A stretch of 64,000 nucleotides of DNA from a virus (taxonomy: Duplodnaviria; Caudoviricetes). The position numbers and the translations under genes were made by a program. This document shows positions 1 through 7,178 of this stretch, one piece after another; position 1 is the stretch's first letter; each line of letters starts with the position of its first letter. Location of the stretch: the IMG/VR virus record IMGVR_UViG_3300044971_003552, positions 618-64,617 of that record. The stretch is one strand, 5' to 3'. Below the pieces are notes generated by a model that made no database searches, was not told the origin of the DNA, and was given only the letters and a program-made list of their open reading frames with translations.

Positions 1-143
1 CGATACTCAGTATGTCCAATCTTCACAATCATCAACTTACCCTTGGGCTTATCCTCAACCCTACGAACCTCACCACGGAAGTTCTCACCCTTATAGGTAA
101 ACTCCACCCAATCATACCGCTGGGGCAACACAATGTTACTCAT
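1..143 (-). CDS. small hypothetical protein, partial (MSNIVLPQRYDWVEFTYKGENFRGEVRRVEDK..., SH3/KOW-like beta pattern)
   Basis: Manual translation; ATG at 143 with purine-rich RBS and upstream promoter at 190-218; runs off the window edge. Confidence 0.6.
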   Translation of the reverse strand, partial: MSNIVLPQRYDWVEFTYKGENFRGEVRRVEDKPKGKLMIVKIGHTEY

Positions 144-189
144 CTTTTCCTCTTGGTTACTGGTCATCTTCCCTATACCTATTATCGAC

Positions 190-218
190 ATTCTACCACA
201 TCATCCGTTAGTCTGCAA
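190..218 (-). promoter_or_regulatory. sigma70-type promoter TTGCAG-N17-TAGAAT
   Basis: Read directly on the minus strand; followed by the GTCGATA motif. Confidence 0.6.
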
Positions 219-220
219 TA

Positions 221-319
221 CCTTACATTATCGTAAGGTTGCAAGTTGTTGCGTCATAAGGAGTTACATCAAATCGGGGCGGTCGCGTTTTCCCTAAGTC
301 CTTATAGGATAACGCTTTA
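221..319. repeat. array element R1: CCTTAC-N6-GTAAGG palindrome (221-238) plus paired inverted-repeat sites (242-266, 295-319)
   Basis: caagttgtt-gcgtcat-aaggagtta ... taagtcctt-ataggat-aacgcttta; offset 53 bp. Confidence 0.85.
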
Positions 320-354
320 GGTCAACTGCTATATGTTTGTGCAGCAGTGTGCAT

Positions 355-729
355 TTATTCATCACTCTTGAAGCTGAACGGGCTGAGTTCCAAGTGAGCG
401 ACCGCACCATACTGTTTGGTCAGTTCCTCGACACGTTCACGCGAACCCGGCTTACCAACCGGAACGATCATGGTGTCATCACCACCCACATAGCGGGGGT
501 CAGCCTTTTCCTTGCGAGTCTTTCCAAGATTCTTCAAGGCAGTACGATTGAACTTGATAACCTTTTCACTCACGATATAACGCTTCTGGTCAGTCACACC
601 GTAGACGTAATCGGTATCTTCTGTGATTCGATCATCTGGGATTTCCACGAACATCGGCACCGCGATACCCTTGAAGATCATACGGGCTTGACGCTTGGCA
701 TTTTCGATGATGGGATACTTGGTTTTCAT
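355..729 (-). CDS. hypothetical protein, 124 aa (MKTKYPIIEN...), copy A
   Basis: ORF track 355..798; start moved to ATG 729 because the promoter lies at 771-798; near-identical paralog at 1235-1609. Confidence 0.85.
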   Translation of the reverse strand: MKTKYPIIENAKRQARMIFKGIAVPMFVEIPDDRITEDTDYVYGVTDQKRYIVSEKVIKFNRTALKNLGKTRKEKADPRYVGGDDTMIVPVGKPGSRERVEELTKQYGAVAHLELSPFSFKSDE

Positions 730-770
730 TGTCTTTTCTCTCTTAGGGTCTATCGTTTTCTTGTTCTTGG

Positions 771-798
771 ATTCTATCAAAAATTTTGTACTTGTCAA
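771..798 (-). promoter_or_regulatory. sigma70-type promoter TTGACA-N16-TAGAAT
   Basis: Direct reading of the minus strand. Confidence 0.65.
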
Positions 799-814
799 TC
801 CCCTCTAATAGGGG

Positions 815-1018
815 TCACATTCTCCATTCCACAAACTTGAGAACGCACACCTTTCCAGGATACTTTGCATCGATATACTTCTGTGCAGTAGTCTTGCTAT
901 TGTCTGTAGCAGAGCAACACTGAACAATCGTACCGTCGATTGAAACGATCCAAATCCTACGCTTCCGAATCTTGGGAAGCGAACCGATGAAACCATTCAC
1001 ACTCATAACCTTTTCCAT
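815..1018 (-). CDS. small hypothetical protein (MEKVMSVNGFIGSLPK...)
   Basis: ORF track 815..1075; start moved to ATG 1018, downstream of a consensus promoter, with GAGAG RBS. Confidence 0.75.
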   Translation of the reverse strand: MEKVMSVNGFIGSLPKIRKRRIWIVSIDGTIVQCCSATDNSKTTAQKYIDAKYPGKVCVLKFVEWRM

Positions 1019-1046
1019 TTTCAACTCTCTCTTTCTTTCTGTCACC

Positions 1047-1075
1047 ATTATACAAGTATTATCGTCATTTGTCAA
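1047..1075 (-). promoter_or_regulatory. perfect sigma70 consensus promoter TTGACA-N17-TATAAT
   Basis: Minus strand reads TTGACAaatgacgataatacttgTATAAT. Confidence 0.85.
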
Positions 1076-1097
1076 TAGCTTAGGCCAGAAAAACTTT

Positions 1098-1199
1098 CCT
1101 TACAATGTCGTAAGGTTGTCGTAAGTCATTACCCCACAAGTACTTACGCTTCGCGGGGCGGGCCGCGTTTGCCCTAAGTCGTTATAGGGTAACGCTTTA
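1098..1199. repeat. array element R2: CCTTAC-N6-GTAAGG (1098-1115) plus paired inverted-repeat sites (1122-1146, 1175-1199)
   Basis: taagtcatt-accccac-aagtactta ... taagtcgtt-atagggt-aacgcttta; offset 53 bp. Confidence 0.9.
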
Positions 1200-1234
1200 G
1201 GTTAACTGCTGTACTTTTGTGCAGTAGTGATCAT

Positions 1235-1609
1235 TCATTCATCGCTCTTGAAGCTGAACGGGCTGATTTCCAGATGAGCAACCGCTCCATACTGCTTGGT
1301 CAGTTCTTCGACACGTTCACGACTTCCCGGCTTGCCAACCGGAACGATCATGGTATCCTCACCCCCCACATATCGGGGGTCAGCCTTTTCCTTGCGAACT
1401 TTGCCAATGTTCTTCAGTGCGGTACGATTGAACTTGAGAACCTTTTCCGAAACGACGTATCGCTTCTGGTCAGTCACGCCGTAAACGTAATCGGTATCTT
1501 CAGTGATTCGATCATCGGGAATCTCGACGAGCATCGGCACAGCGATACCCTTGAAGATCATACGGGCTTGACGCTTGGCATTTTCGATGATGGGATACTT
1601 GGTTTTCAT
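1235..1609 (-). CDS. hypothetical protein, 124 aa (MKTKYPIIEN...), copy B
   Basis: 7 conservative aa differences from copy A; promoter TTGATA-N17-TAGAAT at 1651-1679. Confidence 0.85.
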   Translation of the reverse strand: MKTKYPIIENAKRQARMIFKGIAVPMLVEIPDDRITEDTDYVYGVTDQKRYVVSEKVLKFNRTALKNIGKVRKEKADPRYVGGEDTMIVPVGKPGSRERVEELTKQYGAVAHLEISPFSFKSDE

Positions 1610-1675
1610 TTTCTTTTTCTCTCTAGGGTCTATCGTTCTCTTGTTCGTGGATTCTATCAACAATTCTTTTTCCTA

Positions 1676-1885
1676 TCAACCCCCACTGTGGGTGGGTCGA
1701 TAGGTGCAAGGATTGCCGTACACAAGAATTGCTAGAGTCAATTTATCGTCCGAAAAATATGCGTTCATGCTTTCGGTTACGGTGACTTCCCACACATTAC
1801 CCTCATCGTACTCCCAGCCTACGATTTTTCCAACCTTTTGCTCTTTTCCCCACATGAACGATACCATGTCACCAATTTCAAACAT
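1676..1885 (-). CDS. small hypothetical protein, KOW/SH3-like (MFEIGDMVSF...VGKIVG)
   Basis: ORF track; promoter TTGCAA-N17-TATAAT at 1926-1954. Confidence 0.7.
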   Translation of the reverse strand: MFEIGDMVSFMWGKEQKVGKIVGWEYDEGNVWEVTVTESMNAYFSDDKLTLAILVYGNPCTYRPTHSGG

Positions 1886-2017
1886 TCTTTTCTCTCTTTC
1901 TTTCTTCTCTATCTCTTATATCGACATTATACCACAGCTTTCTTGAGTTTGCAAGAGAAATCCAGAGATTTTATTGTCAAGAGATTTTGACAAAACTTTT
2001 CGTCATTTCTTTTGGGC

Positions 2018-2034
2018 TTGGCACACCATTTGCT
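2018..2034 (+). promoter_or_regulatory. sigma54 (-24/-12)-like site TTGGCACACCATTTGCT
   Basis: Matches TGGCAC-N5-TTGCW spacing; second copy on the minus strand at 4170-4186. Confidence 0.45.
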
Positions 2035-2043
2035 AAGTTGTCG

Positions 2044-2121
2044 TAAAGTCTTATGTGGCAAGCACTTACGTCGATCCCGGCCCGCCCGCCTTGCCCTAAG
2101 TGCTTTAGGGTCAAGGACTTA
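2044..2121. repeat. array element R3: paired inverted-repeat sites (2044-2068, 2097-2121)
   Basis: taaagtctt-atgtggc-aagcactta ... taagtgctt-tagggtc-aaggactta; offset 53 bp. Confidence 0.9.
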
Positions 2122-2125
2122 CGGA

Positions 2126-2443
2126 TCAGTATACCAGATTCATATCAGCTACCGTTACCCCATCCGTATATGGTGTACCATCGTCCAGATACCATTCGCC
2201 CTTGCGTTGATACACACGTACAGGTGAATACTGATTGATTCTATCCTTAGTGGTACTCGTATACCATCCGCCCGTGTTGAGCGTAGCTGAGTTATCAGGA
2301 TGAATCTTTACCACATAGGTACTATGCAGCATAATCCCTACGCTACCATCAGGAAGAATCTCTGCATAGGTATTGTTGCCAACCTTGCGAGTATCCTTAT
2401 TAGTCTTACCACGAACCATCTTTACTGCTTCGAAGTGTGTCAT
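2126..2443 (-). CDS. hypothetical phage protein, 105 aa
   Basis: ORF track; AAGGGA RBS; stop codon 4 bp from element R3. Confidence 0.8.
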   Translation of the reverse strand: MTHFEAVKMVRGKTNKDTRKVGNNTYAEILPDGSVGIMLHSTYVVKIHPDNSATLNTGGWYTSTTKDRINQYSPVRVYQRKGEWYLDDGTPYTDGVTVADMNLVY

Positions 2444-2464
2444 GTCATTTCCCTTAATGTGTAA

Positions 2465-2584
2465 TTAGTCGTTGTCATGCAGGATAGATTGAATAGCGTT
2501 ACCAATCTCATGTGCAGTGTAGGATATGAAGCCAGCACCGCAAATCAAAGCAAACAGCTGAAAATATTCGATAGTCGTAATCAT
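2465..2584 (-). CDS. 39-aa hydrophobic peptide MITTIEYFQLFALICGAGFISYTAHEIGNAIQSILHDND
   Basis: Manual translation (below ORF-track cutoff); promoter TTGACG-N17-TAGAAT at 2613-2641; paralog at 3944-4057. Confidence 0.75.
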   Translation of the reverse strand: MITTIEYFQLFALICGAGFISYTAHEIGNAIQSILHDND

Positions 2585-2661
2585 TGGGATTCCTTTTCTT
2601 TCTTGTGTTCTTATTCTACACCTATTATCGACCAACGTCAAGCTCTAGCAATAGTTTTCTT

Positions 2662-2761
2662 CCTTACAATATCGTAAGGTTCATAAGCCTATATGAGATA
2701 AGGACTTACGTCAGATGCGGGCGCCCGGCCTCGCCCTAAGTGTTTATAGGGTAAGGCTTTA
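2662..2761. repeat. array element R4: CCTTAC-N6-GTAAGG (2662-2679) plus paired inverted-repeat sites (2684-2708, 2737-2761)
   Basis: taagcctat-atgagat-aaggactta ... taagtgttt-atagggt-aaggcttta; offset 53 bp. Confidence 0.9.
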
Positions 2762-2763
2762 GG

Positions 2764-2979
2764 TCATGAGGCGTGAATGAAGACCTTTTCGCTTACTGTA
2801 CGGTTGGTCACCGTCACAATCCAATTCTTTCCACTACCATCCTCACGCATGATACCGTTGATAAGGCCCACATGAGAATTACCCCTTGGGTCGATCACAC
2901 AGTGATACTTGCCAGCTCGCATAGCAGCGAAAATCTTGTCAAGGTTGTTCGTCACAGTTTTATAGTTAGTCTGAAGCAT
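2764..2979 (-). CDS. small hypothetical protein, 71 aa
   Basis: ORF track; GAGG RBS; promoter TTGACA-N18-TAGAAT at 3004-3033; stop abuts R4. Confidence 0.8.
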   Translation of the reverse strand: MLQTNYKTVTNNLDKIFAAMRAGKYHCVIDPRGNSHVGLINGIMREDGSGKNWIVTVTNRTVSEKVFIHAS

Positions 2980-3029
2980 CTTTTTTCCTCTTGGGTTGAT
3001 TCTATTCTACCGTATACGCTATGGTGGTG

Positions 3030-3254
3030 TCAATTCCAATATTCGCCAGAATCCAATTCCTCTTGAGAGACGAATTCATCTCGCTCCATCCAATTACGAC
3101 ATCTTTGCCCTTTATAGTGATTGTGATCTTCGACCAGATATCGTCCGTTGTTGATTTCCACCACCACACCAGACGAATCCGGGGAGTCGAAAACAAAATT
3201 GAAGTAAACCGTATCTCCAACATTCACAGAATTCACAGCATCCATTTTCATCAT
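3030..3254 (-). CDS. small hypothetical protein, KOW/SH3-like (VNVGDTVYF...GVVVEI)
   Basis: ORF track; GAGGAG RBS; promoter TTGACA-N18-TATAAT at 3274-3303. Confidence 0.75.
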   Translation of the reverse strand: MMKMDAVNSVNVGDTVYFNFVFDSPDSSGVVVEINNGRYLVEDHNHYKGQRCRNWMERDEFVSQEELDSGEYWN

Positions 3255-3307
3255 CTCCTCTTGTGTTGGTTCTATTATACAGTATCGGCTATTCCGTTGT
3301 CAATACC

Positions 3308-3547
3308 TTAGTAGTAAAGAAAATCGTTGAGAATGTTTCCGTCCCGGTCAACGGTGATTCCCTCACCTTCGTCGCCCATCGGGAAAAAGTCTCCGATATG
3401 AAACCGTCCCGAATCATACTCGTCGTTCAGAGCCTCAGCGAGCAACTCGCCGCCGATACGAGCAATTCCAACCAAGGTATCGGGGCTGGTCGAATCAGCA
3501 CCATAGAGGAAGTTTTCGAGTTCGTTGCGGTTGTTGATGGTGATCAT
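3308..3547 (-). CDS. small acidic hypothetical protein (MITINNRNELENFLYG...)
   Basis: ORF track 3308..3589; start moved to ATG 3547 with GAGGA RBS, downstream of TATAAT at 3588-3593. Confidence 0.75.
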   Translation of the reverse strand: MITINNRNELENFLYGADSTSPDTLVGIARIGGELLAEALNDEYDSGRFHIGDFFPMGDEGEGITVDRDGNILNDFLYY

Positions 3548-3679
3548 TTTCTTGTCCTCTTGTTGTCTCTTGTTCTCTTGTGCTTTCATTATACAGTATT
3601 TATCGACGCTTTCAAGAGAAATCTTTGGAATTTTTGAAATATAATTTCATGCCAAACAAAATCTTTTTTATATTTGTTG

Positions 3680-3757
3680 TAAGTCTATACGTGGCAAGTA
3701 CTTATGTCGAATTCGGCCCGCCCGGCAAATCGTAAGTGCTTACCTCATAAGGCTTTA
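3680..3757. repeat. array element R5: paired inverted-repeat sites (3680-3704, 3733-3757)
   Basis: taagtctat-acgtggc-aagtactta ... taagtgctt-acctcat-aaggcttta; offset 53 bp. Confidence 0.9.
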
Positions 3758-3761
3758 CGTC

Positions 3762-3911
3762 TTATAGAATCGTACCATCGCCACGAATGCGATACATGAT
3801 ACCCCCGATACTGTACAGGCTTATACCCTCTCCCATGTGCTGTACAAACGTAGCAGAATAACCGTGTCGAGCAACTAGGCGGCGAATCGTGTTTTGAACT
3901 TGAATGGTCAT
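3762..3911 (-). CDS. 49-aa hypothetical protein MTIQVQNTIRRLVARHGYSATFVQHMGEG...
   Basis: Manual translation; AAGGA RBS; stop 4 bp from R5. Confidence 0.7.
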   Translation of the reverse strand: MTIQVQNTIRRLVARHGYSATFVQHMGEGISLYSIGGIMYRIRGDGTIL

Positions 3912-3943
3912 TGGTTTGTCCTTGTTTCAGAGAGATAATTCTC

Positions 3944-4057
3944 TCAGTCGTGAAGAATGGAATAAACAGCATTACCCACTTCGTGTGCAGTGTACGAGAC
4001 AAAACCAGCAAAAGCAATCAGAGCAAACAGTTGAAAGTATTCGATAGTCGTAATCAT
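3944..4057 (-). CDS. 37-aa hydrophobic peptide MITTIEYFQLFALIAFAGFVSYTAHEVGNAVYSILHD
   Basis: Manual translation; GAGGA RBS; promoter TTGCAA-N16-TATAAT at 4106-4133; paralog of 2465-2584. Confidence 0.75.
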   Translation of the reverse strand: MITTIEYFQLFALIAFAGFVSYTAHEVGNAVYSILHD

Positions 4058-4144
4058 TTTCTTGTCCTCTTATTCTCTCTTGTTCTCTCTTATTCTTATA
4101 TCGACATTATACAGAGTATTCTGTAGGTTGCAAGCGGAAAGTTT

Positions 4145-4279
4145 CCTTACGATTTCGTAAGGTTTCTAGAGCAAATATCATGCCAATTCGATAACTCGTC
4201 GTAAACCTTTACCATATAAGAACTTACGTTCAATCTGGCGGAGCATATTTACCCTAAGTTGTTACCATATATAGAGTTA
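4145..4279. repeat. array element R6: CCTTAC-N6-GTAAGG (4145-4162) plus paired inverted-repeat sites (4202-4226, 4255-4279)
   Basis: taaaccttt-accatat-aagaactta ... taagttgtt-accatat-atagagtta; offset 53 bp; the two 7-bp spacers are identical. Confidence 0.85.
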
Positions 4280-4358
4280 GGGGGATTTTCTGTTTTAGAA
4301 CTGCCATTTCGACAGTTTCCTAAAACCGCAGGGAGGTACCAACATACCAAGGACCAAT

Positions 4359-5510
4359 TTAATTAAATGTACTAGCTAAACCATCCCTTTTGGCTTTCTT
4401 CTTTGCTTGTTTCTTTCGAAGCCTACTAATTCTCTTTTTAGATATTTCTGGATATTTGTTTCTTAAATCTAATTTCTTTTCCCAATCATATACGCTATAA
4501 CTAACTTTCTTTCCGTTCCAACTTTGATTAGGGTTCCATCTACCCTCTTGTTTGAAATATTCGCTTATTTTATATAGTTCGCCCCTATACTCCAACCATA
4601 TCTGCTCAAATTCTTCAGGAAAAGACCCTCGCCTATCTAACATATTATCTCTGTGTGTTCCTTTGGCTAAATGATCCGAATTATAGCATCGAGCATTATT
4701 ACATAAATGACGTACTAATTCTGGATACTCTCCATACTTTTCCCAATATGCAACTCTGTGTTTAGTAAAATATTTTCTTTCTCCGTTAACTGTGACATCC
4801 ATTCTTCCATATCCGCTTTTATGATTGGTTAGTGTTTCTTTACAAGCAGATCCGTTATATGATTTATCGTTACTCAACGTAAAATTTTTAATATAAGTAT
4901 CTTTAGTAATGGCTTTTTCCAACCATAGTCTAATATTTTCCTCTTTCACAGGTTTCCAGTAGTTTAACAAAGACAAAAAACTATACTTATTTAGATGCCA
5001 GCACTCCTTCTGCATAATACTATCAATCCCACACTCTTCTATTATGGCATAATGTACAGAGTATTTGCTATTGTTATATAAGTTTTGTAAATTTTTATTA
5101 TAGTGTTTATTATTTTTTAATTCATTCTCATGAGCTGATAACCTATCGCCCATACTAACACTACTACCAATATAAATCTTTATGTCATTTACTAATTTAT
5201 GCTTATCAGGACTGGTTTTATTGTAGTTCCATATAAAATATATAGCGTATACTCCACTAATATTTTTAATTTTACTGAAATCTCTAATTTCTGTCCACGA
5301 AGATATTTGATTATGATTTATTTTAGAAGCTATATTTCTACGCCTTTTAATAGAATTTAACGTACTTTTTGTTATTCCATATTTTTTATACAGATCACGA
5401 GCAGCAACTCCTGCTTCATAATCTTTTATTAAGTCTCTTTCCTGTGTTCCTGTCAGGATAACTTTTCTTTTTCTTTTTTTCTTGTCTATGCTACCTTTTG
5501 GTCTACACAT
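4359..5510 (-). CDS. putative homing endonuclease with GIY-YIG and HNH domains
   Basis: SGVYAIY...IYIGSS...RL..H (GIY-YIG); HRVAY...VRHLCNNARCYNSDHL...N (HNH); N-terminal HTH-like segment. Confidence 0.8.
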   Translation of the reverse strand: MCRPKGSIDKKKRKRKVILTGTQERDLIKDYEAGVAARDLYKKYGITKSTLNSIKRRRNIASKINHNQISSWTEIRDFSKIKNISGVYAIYFIWNYNKTSPDKHKLVNDIKIYIGSSVSMGDRLSAHENELKNNKHYNKNLQNLYNNSKYSVHYAIIEECGIDSIMQKECWHLNKYSFLSLLNYWKPVKEENIRLWLEKAITKDTYIKNFTLSNDKSYNGSACKETLTNHKSGYGRMDVTVNGERKYFTKHRVAYWEKYGEYPELVRHLCNNARCYNSDHLAKGTHRDNMLDRRGSFPEEFEQIWLEYRGELYKISEYFKQEGRWNPNQSWNGKKVSYSVYDWEKKLDLRNKYPEISKKRISRLRKKQAKKKAKRDGLASTFN

Positions 5511-5514
5511 ACTA

Positions 5515-7113
5515 TTACGCTACTAGTAAGCCTTTCCATCCTGTTGAAATTTGTTTTGAGATAGGATCATATATCTGTATACTAATGTTGTTTGACCCTT
5601 TATGGAACCACGATCTATTTAAAATTATATTGAATCCGTGCCTAGCACTACCAAGAACAGGAACCAATGCTGGTCTATACAAATTAGCCCACTGTCCAGT
5701 AACTACTTTTCCATTAATAACTATTCTAACTAGCACCGGAGAAGCTCCTGATCTTTCACTAAATGCCCATCCTGCTATTCTATCTAATCTTAAATATCCT
5801 ACCCTAACTATCGGAGCCGGAATATTAACAGTTGTTGATCCAATAGTTGTCCACGATCCTGTTTGAGAGTCTCTAGCCTCCACTTTTATATCATGACTGC
5901 CTATAGTTAGACCCCCCAGATTAAAACTAAAAGCCCCACCAACCCCAGATGCAGCCACCTGCTTTTCTGCACCATTAATAATTAATCGTACAGAAATACT
6001 AGAGTTTGGAAAGTTAAGATCTTTAACCCATCCACTAATACTTCTTAGATTCTGAGATGTTATGGCTCCTGTTGGTAATATGTTGCCGTCATAAGCAACT
6101 CCCAATACATTAGATATAGCTGCTCCTACGTTCAACTTTCCTCCTGTTGCCACCTTTCCAAATAGTTCTGGTATTTTATCAACGCTAGAGAATATAACAT
6201 TTTTAACTTCTGATACCGTAATACCTGGCTTAACAGCATTTAGCAAAGCAACAGCCCCGGCCACAAAAGGAGATGCCATACTAGTACCACTTTTATATCC
6301 ATAATTATTATATGGAATAGTAGACAATATTGTGCTACCAGGAGCGGCAATATCTACGGTATTAGCTCCATAATTTGAAAAGCTAGCTAAGCCATTAGTA
6401 TAACTACTCAAAGCCCCCACACTAATAATATTATTCACATCAAAACAGCTAGGATAGCTTAAAGTAATATCATTATTGCTTCCTTTATTTCCTGCAGCTA
6501 CGGTTAGCACTACCCCAGCATCATTTAATCTACCAATCGCCTCATACAACATATTGCTAAAACCAGTTCCTCCCCAACTAGCATTAGCGGCCACCACATT
6601 CACCCCATAGATATTCTTCATCATACTAATATAATCCATGGCCCGAATAGCCCCACCAGTATCACCCACCCCCTTATCATCAAAAAATTTCAAACTCATC
6701 AAGCTCACATTCCAATTAATTCCCGCAACCCCCAAACTGTTACCCCCTTCTGCACCAATTATACCTGCCACATGAGTTCCATGACCATATCGATCCTGAA
6801 CATCATTATTATTGTTTGCAAAATTCCACCCATAAATATCATCTATATATCCATTCCCCTCATTATCTATTCCGTCTCCTGCTATCTCTCCAGGATTAAC
6901 CCATAAATTATTTTTTAAATCTTGATTGGTTAAATCAATACCGCTATCAATAATCGCCACAACAACACCCTTCGACCCTGTAGAATAAGACCATGCCTGA
7001 TAAGAAGAAACGCTACCAAGCCCCCACTGGGAACCTGATAGCGTATCATTAGGAACTACAGATAATAAGGTTTTAGATTCTAATTTTTCTATCGTCAGAA
7101 CTTTTTTGTTCAT
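5515..7113 (-). CDS. subtilisin-family (S8) serine protease with C-terminal Ig-like repeats
   Basis: Catalytic motifs IIDSG, HGTHVAG, AAGN, GTSMASP; likely start MNKKVLTIEKLESKTLLS at 7113 (AAGGA RBS). Confidence 0.92.
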   Translation of the reverse strand: MNKKVLTIEKLESKTLLSVVPNDTLSGSQWGLGSVSSYQAWSYSTGSKGVVVAIIDSGIDLTNQDLKNNLWVNPGEIAGDGIDNEGNGYIDDIYGWNFANNNNDVQDRYGHGTHVAGIIGAEGGNSLGVAGINWNVSLMSLKFFDDKGVGDTGGAIRAMDYISMMKNIYGVNVVAANASWGGTGFSNMLYEAIGRLNDAGVVLTVAAGNKGSNNDITLSYPSCFDVNNIISVGALSSYTNGLASFSNYGANTVDIAAPGSTILSTIPYNNYGYKSGTSMASPFVAGAVALLNAVKPGITVSEVKNVIFSSVDKIPELFGKVATGGKLNVGAAISNVLGVAYDGNILPTGAITSQNLRSISGWVKDLNFPNSSISVRLIINGAEKQVAASGVGGAFSFNLGGLTIGSHDIKVEARDSQTGSWTTIGSTTVNIPAPIVRVGYLRLDRIAGWAFSERSGASPVLVRIVINGKVVTGQWANLYRPALVPVLGSARHGFNIILNRSWFHKGSNNISIQIYDPISKQISTGWKGLLVA

Positions 7114-7178
7114 GTCGGCTTCCTTGCGAGTTTTGTGACAAACTTGATTTTCGCAATTTAGCAGAAAAATCTTTTTTG

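Noticed and set aside
12-4126. Plus-strand ORFs in the early region (e.g. 337-840, 1217-1735, 3263-3637)
   Set aside because: They are antisense shadows of minus-strand genes that have RBSs and promoters.
221-4279. CRISPR array or tandem guide-RNA array
   Set aside because: Repeats are degenerate, about 80-130 bp long, and separated by 400-900 bp containing genes; no cas or other recognisable effector gene is present.
221-4279. Canonical integron
   Set aside because: No IntI or other tyrosine recombinase in the window; arms only loosely resemble RYYYAAC/GTTRRRY; the cassettes carry their own promoters. Kept only as integron-like.
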